Source: an uncultured Thermoplasmata archaeon
Lineage (GTDB): Archaea > Thermoplasmatota > Thermoplasmata > UBA10834
NCBI GenBank assembly: GCA_964568665.1
Contig: CAZMPY010000005.1
Location: 196,330 to 260,329 of the forward strand
Length of the DNA: 64,000 nucleotides
Direction of reading: 5' to 3'
This document shows, piece after piece, positions 61,770-64,000 of the stretch. Numbering within the stretch: position 1 is the first letter of the stretch; every line of letters begins with the position of its first letter. A model generated the notes under the pieces. That model searched no databases, was not told where the DNA came from, and saw only the letters and a list, made by a program, of their open reading frames with translations. Both the position numbers and the translations under genes were made by a program.

Positions 61770-62414
61770 GTGACGGCGAGGGAGTTCAGCGTCTACATGA
61801 CAGGGGTCGGAGGCCAGGGGCTCGTGCTCCTGTCCAACGTCATAGGCGCCGCGTGCGCGGACGCGGGCATGCGCGCCCTGACGGGGGAGCAGCACGGGCT
61901 GTCGCAGAGGAGCGGGTCCATCAACGTGCACATGCGCATAGGCGAGGATATCAGGTCCCCGCTGATACCGGTCGGAGGGGCGGACGCGCTGCTCGCCTTA
62001 GAGGCGCTCGAGGCGCTGAGGTACGTCGAGTACCTCCGCCCGGGAGGGATCGTGCTGATGAACTCGAGGGTGCAGCACCCGGTGTCCGAGACCGAGGAGC
62101 ACATGAGGGACAAGGCCGCGAGGTACATGTCCGCCGACGATGTCAGGGCGAGGCTGCTCCAGGTGACGGACAAGGTGTCCCTGATAGACGCTCTCGGGAC
62201 CGCGCGGCGCGCCGGGAACGCCCTGACGGAGAACATCGTCATGCTCGGCGCGCTCAGCACGATCGAGGCTTTCCCCGTGCCGGAGGACGCCCTCAGACGG
62301 TCCGTGGAGGCCAACGTGCCGAAGAAGGCGGTCGAGGTCAACCTCAGGGCGTTCGATCTCGGCAAGGAGGCCACGTACTCGCACCTGTGCAATCTCGTTA
62401 AGTGCAGGAAATGA
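61770..62414 (+). CDS. iorB: indolepyruvate:ferredoxin oxidoreductase beta subunit
   Basis: GTG start 1 nt after the iorA stop, with GGAGGGGGAG RBS. ...MTGVGGQGLVLLSNVIGAA... gamma-like domain. Confidence 0.8.
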   Translation: MTAREFSVYMTGVGGQGLVLLSNVIGAACADAGMRALTGEQHGLSQRSGSINVHMRIGEDIRSPLIPVGGADALLALEALEALRYVEYLRPGGIVLMNSRVQHPVSETEEHMRDKAARYMSADDVRARLLQVTDKVSLIDALGTARRAGNALTENIVMLGALSTIEAFPVPEDALRRSVEANVPKKAVEVNLRAFDLGKEATYSHLCNLVKCRK

Positions 62415-62433
62415 GTTCCGGGTACCGATCCCG

Positions 62434-63360
62434 ATGAGGAAGGCCGAGTACGTCAGGGTGGATGTCTTCACGAAGAAGCTGTTCGGCGGGAACCCGCTCG
62501 CCGTGTTCCCGCGCGCGCAGGGGCTGACCGACCGCGAGATGCAGCTGCTCGCGAGGGAGATGAACCTGTCCGAGACGACCTTCGTCCTGCCGCCGAGCCG
62601 CGGCTCGGGGGCGGACTTCAGGGTGCGCATATTCACTCCCGACGCGGAGGTCCCCTACGCCGGGCACCCGACCCTCGGGACGTTCTACGTGCTCGCGAGA
62701 CAGGGCCGGATACGGCTCAAGGGCCCCGTCACGACAGCGATGATGGAGGTGAAGGCGGGGGTCATGCCCGTGGAGATCCACTCGTCGAAGGGGAAGATCA
62801 ACAAGGTCGTGACCGTCCAGAACAGGCCCGAGTTCGGCAGGGTGTTCGACGACGTGTCTGAAGTGGCCGAGGCGGTCTCCCTCAATGAGAGCGATTTCAT
62901 GCCGGACAGGGCCCCCGTCCAGCTCGTGTCCACGGGGCTCCCATGGGTGATCGCCCCCGTGCGGTCCAGGAAGGCCGTCGAGAGGGCCTCGGGCAACACC
63001 GCGGTATTCTCCGAGTTCGTCAAGAAGCTCCCCAAGGGGGTCGTGGACATCTATGTCACCTGCCTCGACCCGGTCGAGAAGGCGTCGACCACGCACTCCA
63101 GGGCGTTCTCCCTCGTGGCGAGGAACATCATGGAGGACCCGGCCACCGGGAGCGCCAGCGGCTGCCTCGGGGCGTACCTGGTCCAGAGGAGGCTGGTGCC
63201 CCTGGCGAGGACGGTCAGGATCACGAACGAGCAGGGGTACGAGATCGAGAGGCCGAGCAAGACCTCGATCGAGGTCCGCACCGGTGAAGGCGGCGAGATA
63301 GACTCGGTCCGCGTCGGAGGGCCGGTCGTCCACGTGATGGACGGGACCGCGTACCTGTGA
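62434..63360 (+). CDS. PhzF-family isomerase-like protein
   Basis: ...VDVFTKKLFGGNPLAVF...LSETTFV...FTP..E.P.AGHPTLGT... matches the PhzF/DAP-epimerase fold. Confidence 0.75.
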   Translation: MRKAEYVRVDVFTKKLFGGNPLAVFPRAQGLTDREMQLLAREMNLSETTFVLPPSRGSGADFRVRIFTPDAEVPYAGHPTLGTFYVLARQGRIRLKGPVTTAMMEVKAGVMPVEIHSSKGKINKVVTVQNRPEFGRVFDDVSEVAEAVSLNESDFMPDRAPVQLVSTGLPWVIAPVRSRKAVERASGNTAVFSEFVKKLPKGVVDIYVTCLDPVEKASTTHSRAFSLVARNIMEDPATGSASGCLGAYLVQRRLVPLARTVRITNEQGYEIERPSKTSIEVRTGEGGEIDSVRVGGPVVHVMDGTAYL

Positions 63361-63369
63361 CCGGGCGGA

Positions 63370-64000
63370 CTACTCCGCCTTCGGCAGCTCGACCTTGAAG
63401 ACCGCACCCTGCGTGTGGTCCCCCTTCACGCGGTCCTCGACCCAGACCCTGCCATGGTACCGCTGGACCAGCATGCGCACGATGCTGAGCCCGAGGCCGG
63501 AGCCCTTCTTCCGCGAGCCCTGCGCGAACCTCTCGAAGATCCTCCCCTTGAGATCGTCGGGCACGCCGTGGCCGCGGTCGGCGAAGGAGACCACCCATGA
63601 TGGCCTCGCCCCGTCGGTCGCCTCCACCACGGAGACGTCGACCTCTACCGGCTCGTGCGGATCGTACTTGACCGCGTTCGTCAGTATGTTCACGAACAGC
63701 TCCCTGAGGAGCTCGTCCGCGAGCGTGTACGCCCTCGCGGGCCAGGCATCGTGCCTGACCACGACCGCCCTGGACATGAAATAGTGCGGGACGCTCCTAA
63801 GACAGTCCTCAAGGACGGGCCCGAGGTCCGCCCGGGTCAGCTTGACATCCCCCCATGTCAGCCGGGACATGATCCTGACCGACGATGCGAGCATGCTGAT
63901 GCCCATCACCTGGTCCGTGAGCTTGGAGATCATCGCGGCCTGATCCGGCCTCACGAGAGTGGTCCTGAGCAAGTCGAGGTAGCCCATGATGGCCTGGTTG
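63370..64000 (-). CDS. sensor histidine kinase (C-terminal HATPase part; 5' end beyond window)
   Basis: ...NILTNAVKYDP...DRGHGVP...GSGLGLSIV... ATP-lid motifs. Frame is open to the window end. Confidence 0.7.
   Translation of the reverse strand, partial: NQAIMGYLDLLRTTLVRPDQAAMISKLTDQVMGISMLASSVRIMSRLTWGDVKLTRADLGPVLEDCLRSVPHYFMSRAVVVRHDAWPARAYTLADELLRELFVNILTNAVKYDPHEPVEVDVSVVEATDGARPSWVVSFADRGHGVPDDLKGRIFERFAQGSRKKGSGLGLSIVRMLVQRYHGRVWVEDRVKGDHTQGAVFKVELPKAE

Noticed and set aside
1-64000. CRISPR arrays, transposases, integrases, prophage
   Set aside because: No direct-repeat arrays, no IS-like ORFs or terminal inverted repeats, no integrase/recombinase motifs were seen. The tRNAs are not flanked by integrase genes.

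Overview
The 64 kb window is GC-rich (~60 %+) archaeal chromosome with euryarchaeal hallmarks: Alba, aIF2-alpha, Nop10, RadB, ArcS, a type-2 IPP isomerase, a tRNA-Tyr carrying an intron and a C1:G72 pair, and TATA-box promoters with occasional leaderless starts. I call about 60 protein genes, two tRNAs (Tyr-GTA with intron; Pro-TGG) and a stand-alone 5S rRNA with its own promoter. Recognisable operons are L44e-S27e-aIF2alpha-Nop10-PAC2, Alba followed by the mevalonate-pathway genes IPK-IDI2-GGPPS, Bud32-Ham1, LarE-LarB, pyrB-pyrI, a TrmB-like regulator with TusA plus four DsrE/F/H-like genes next to ArcS, an ArsR-controlled thiol/ferredoxin module, MetRS, ABCE1, cbiMNQO and iorAB. I saw no CRISPR array, transposase or integrase. 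The most unusual content is two giant glycosylated surface proteins, one of which has a cytoplasmic roadblock/LC7-like tail, the sulfur-relay cluster, a truncated AOR-like operon, and three gene junctions where conserved coding sequence lies in an open frame with no ATG/GTG/TTG. Many long GC-rich antisense ORFs in the six-frame track are rejected. Coordinates of RNA genes and small motifs are hand-indexed and may be off by 1-3 nt.
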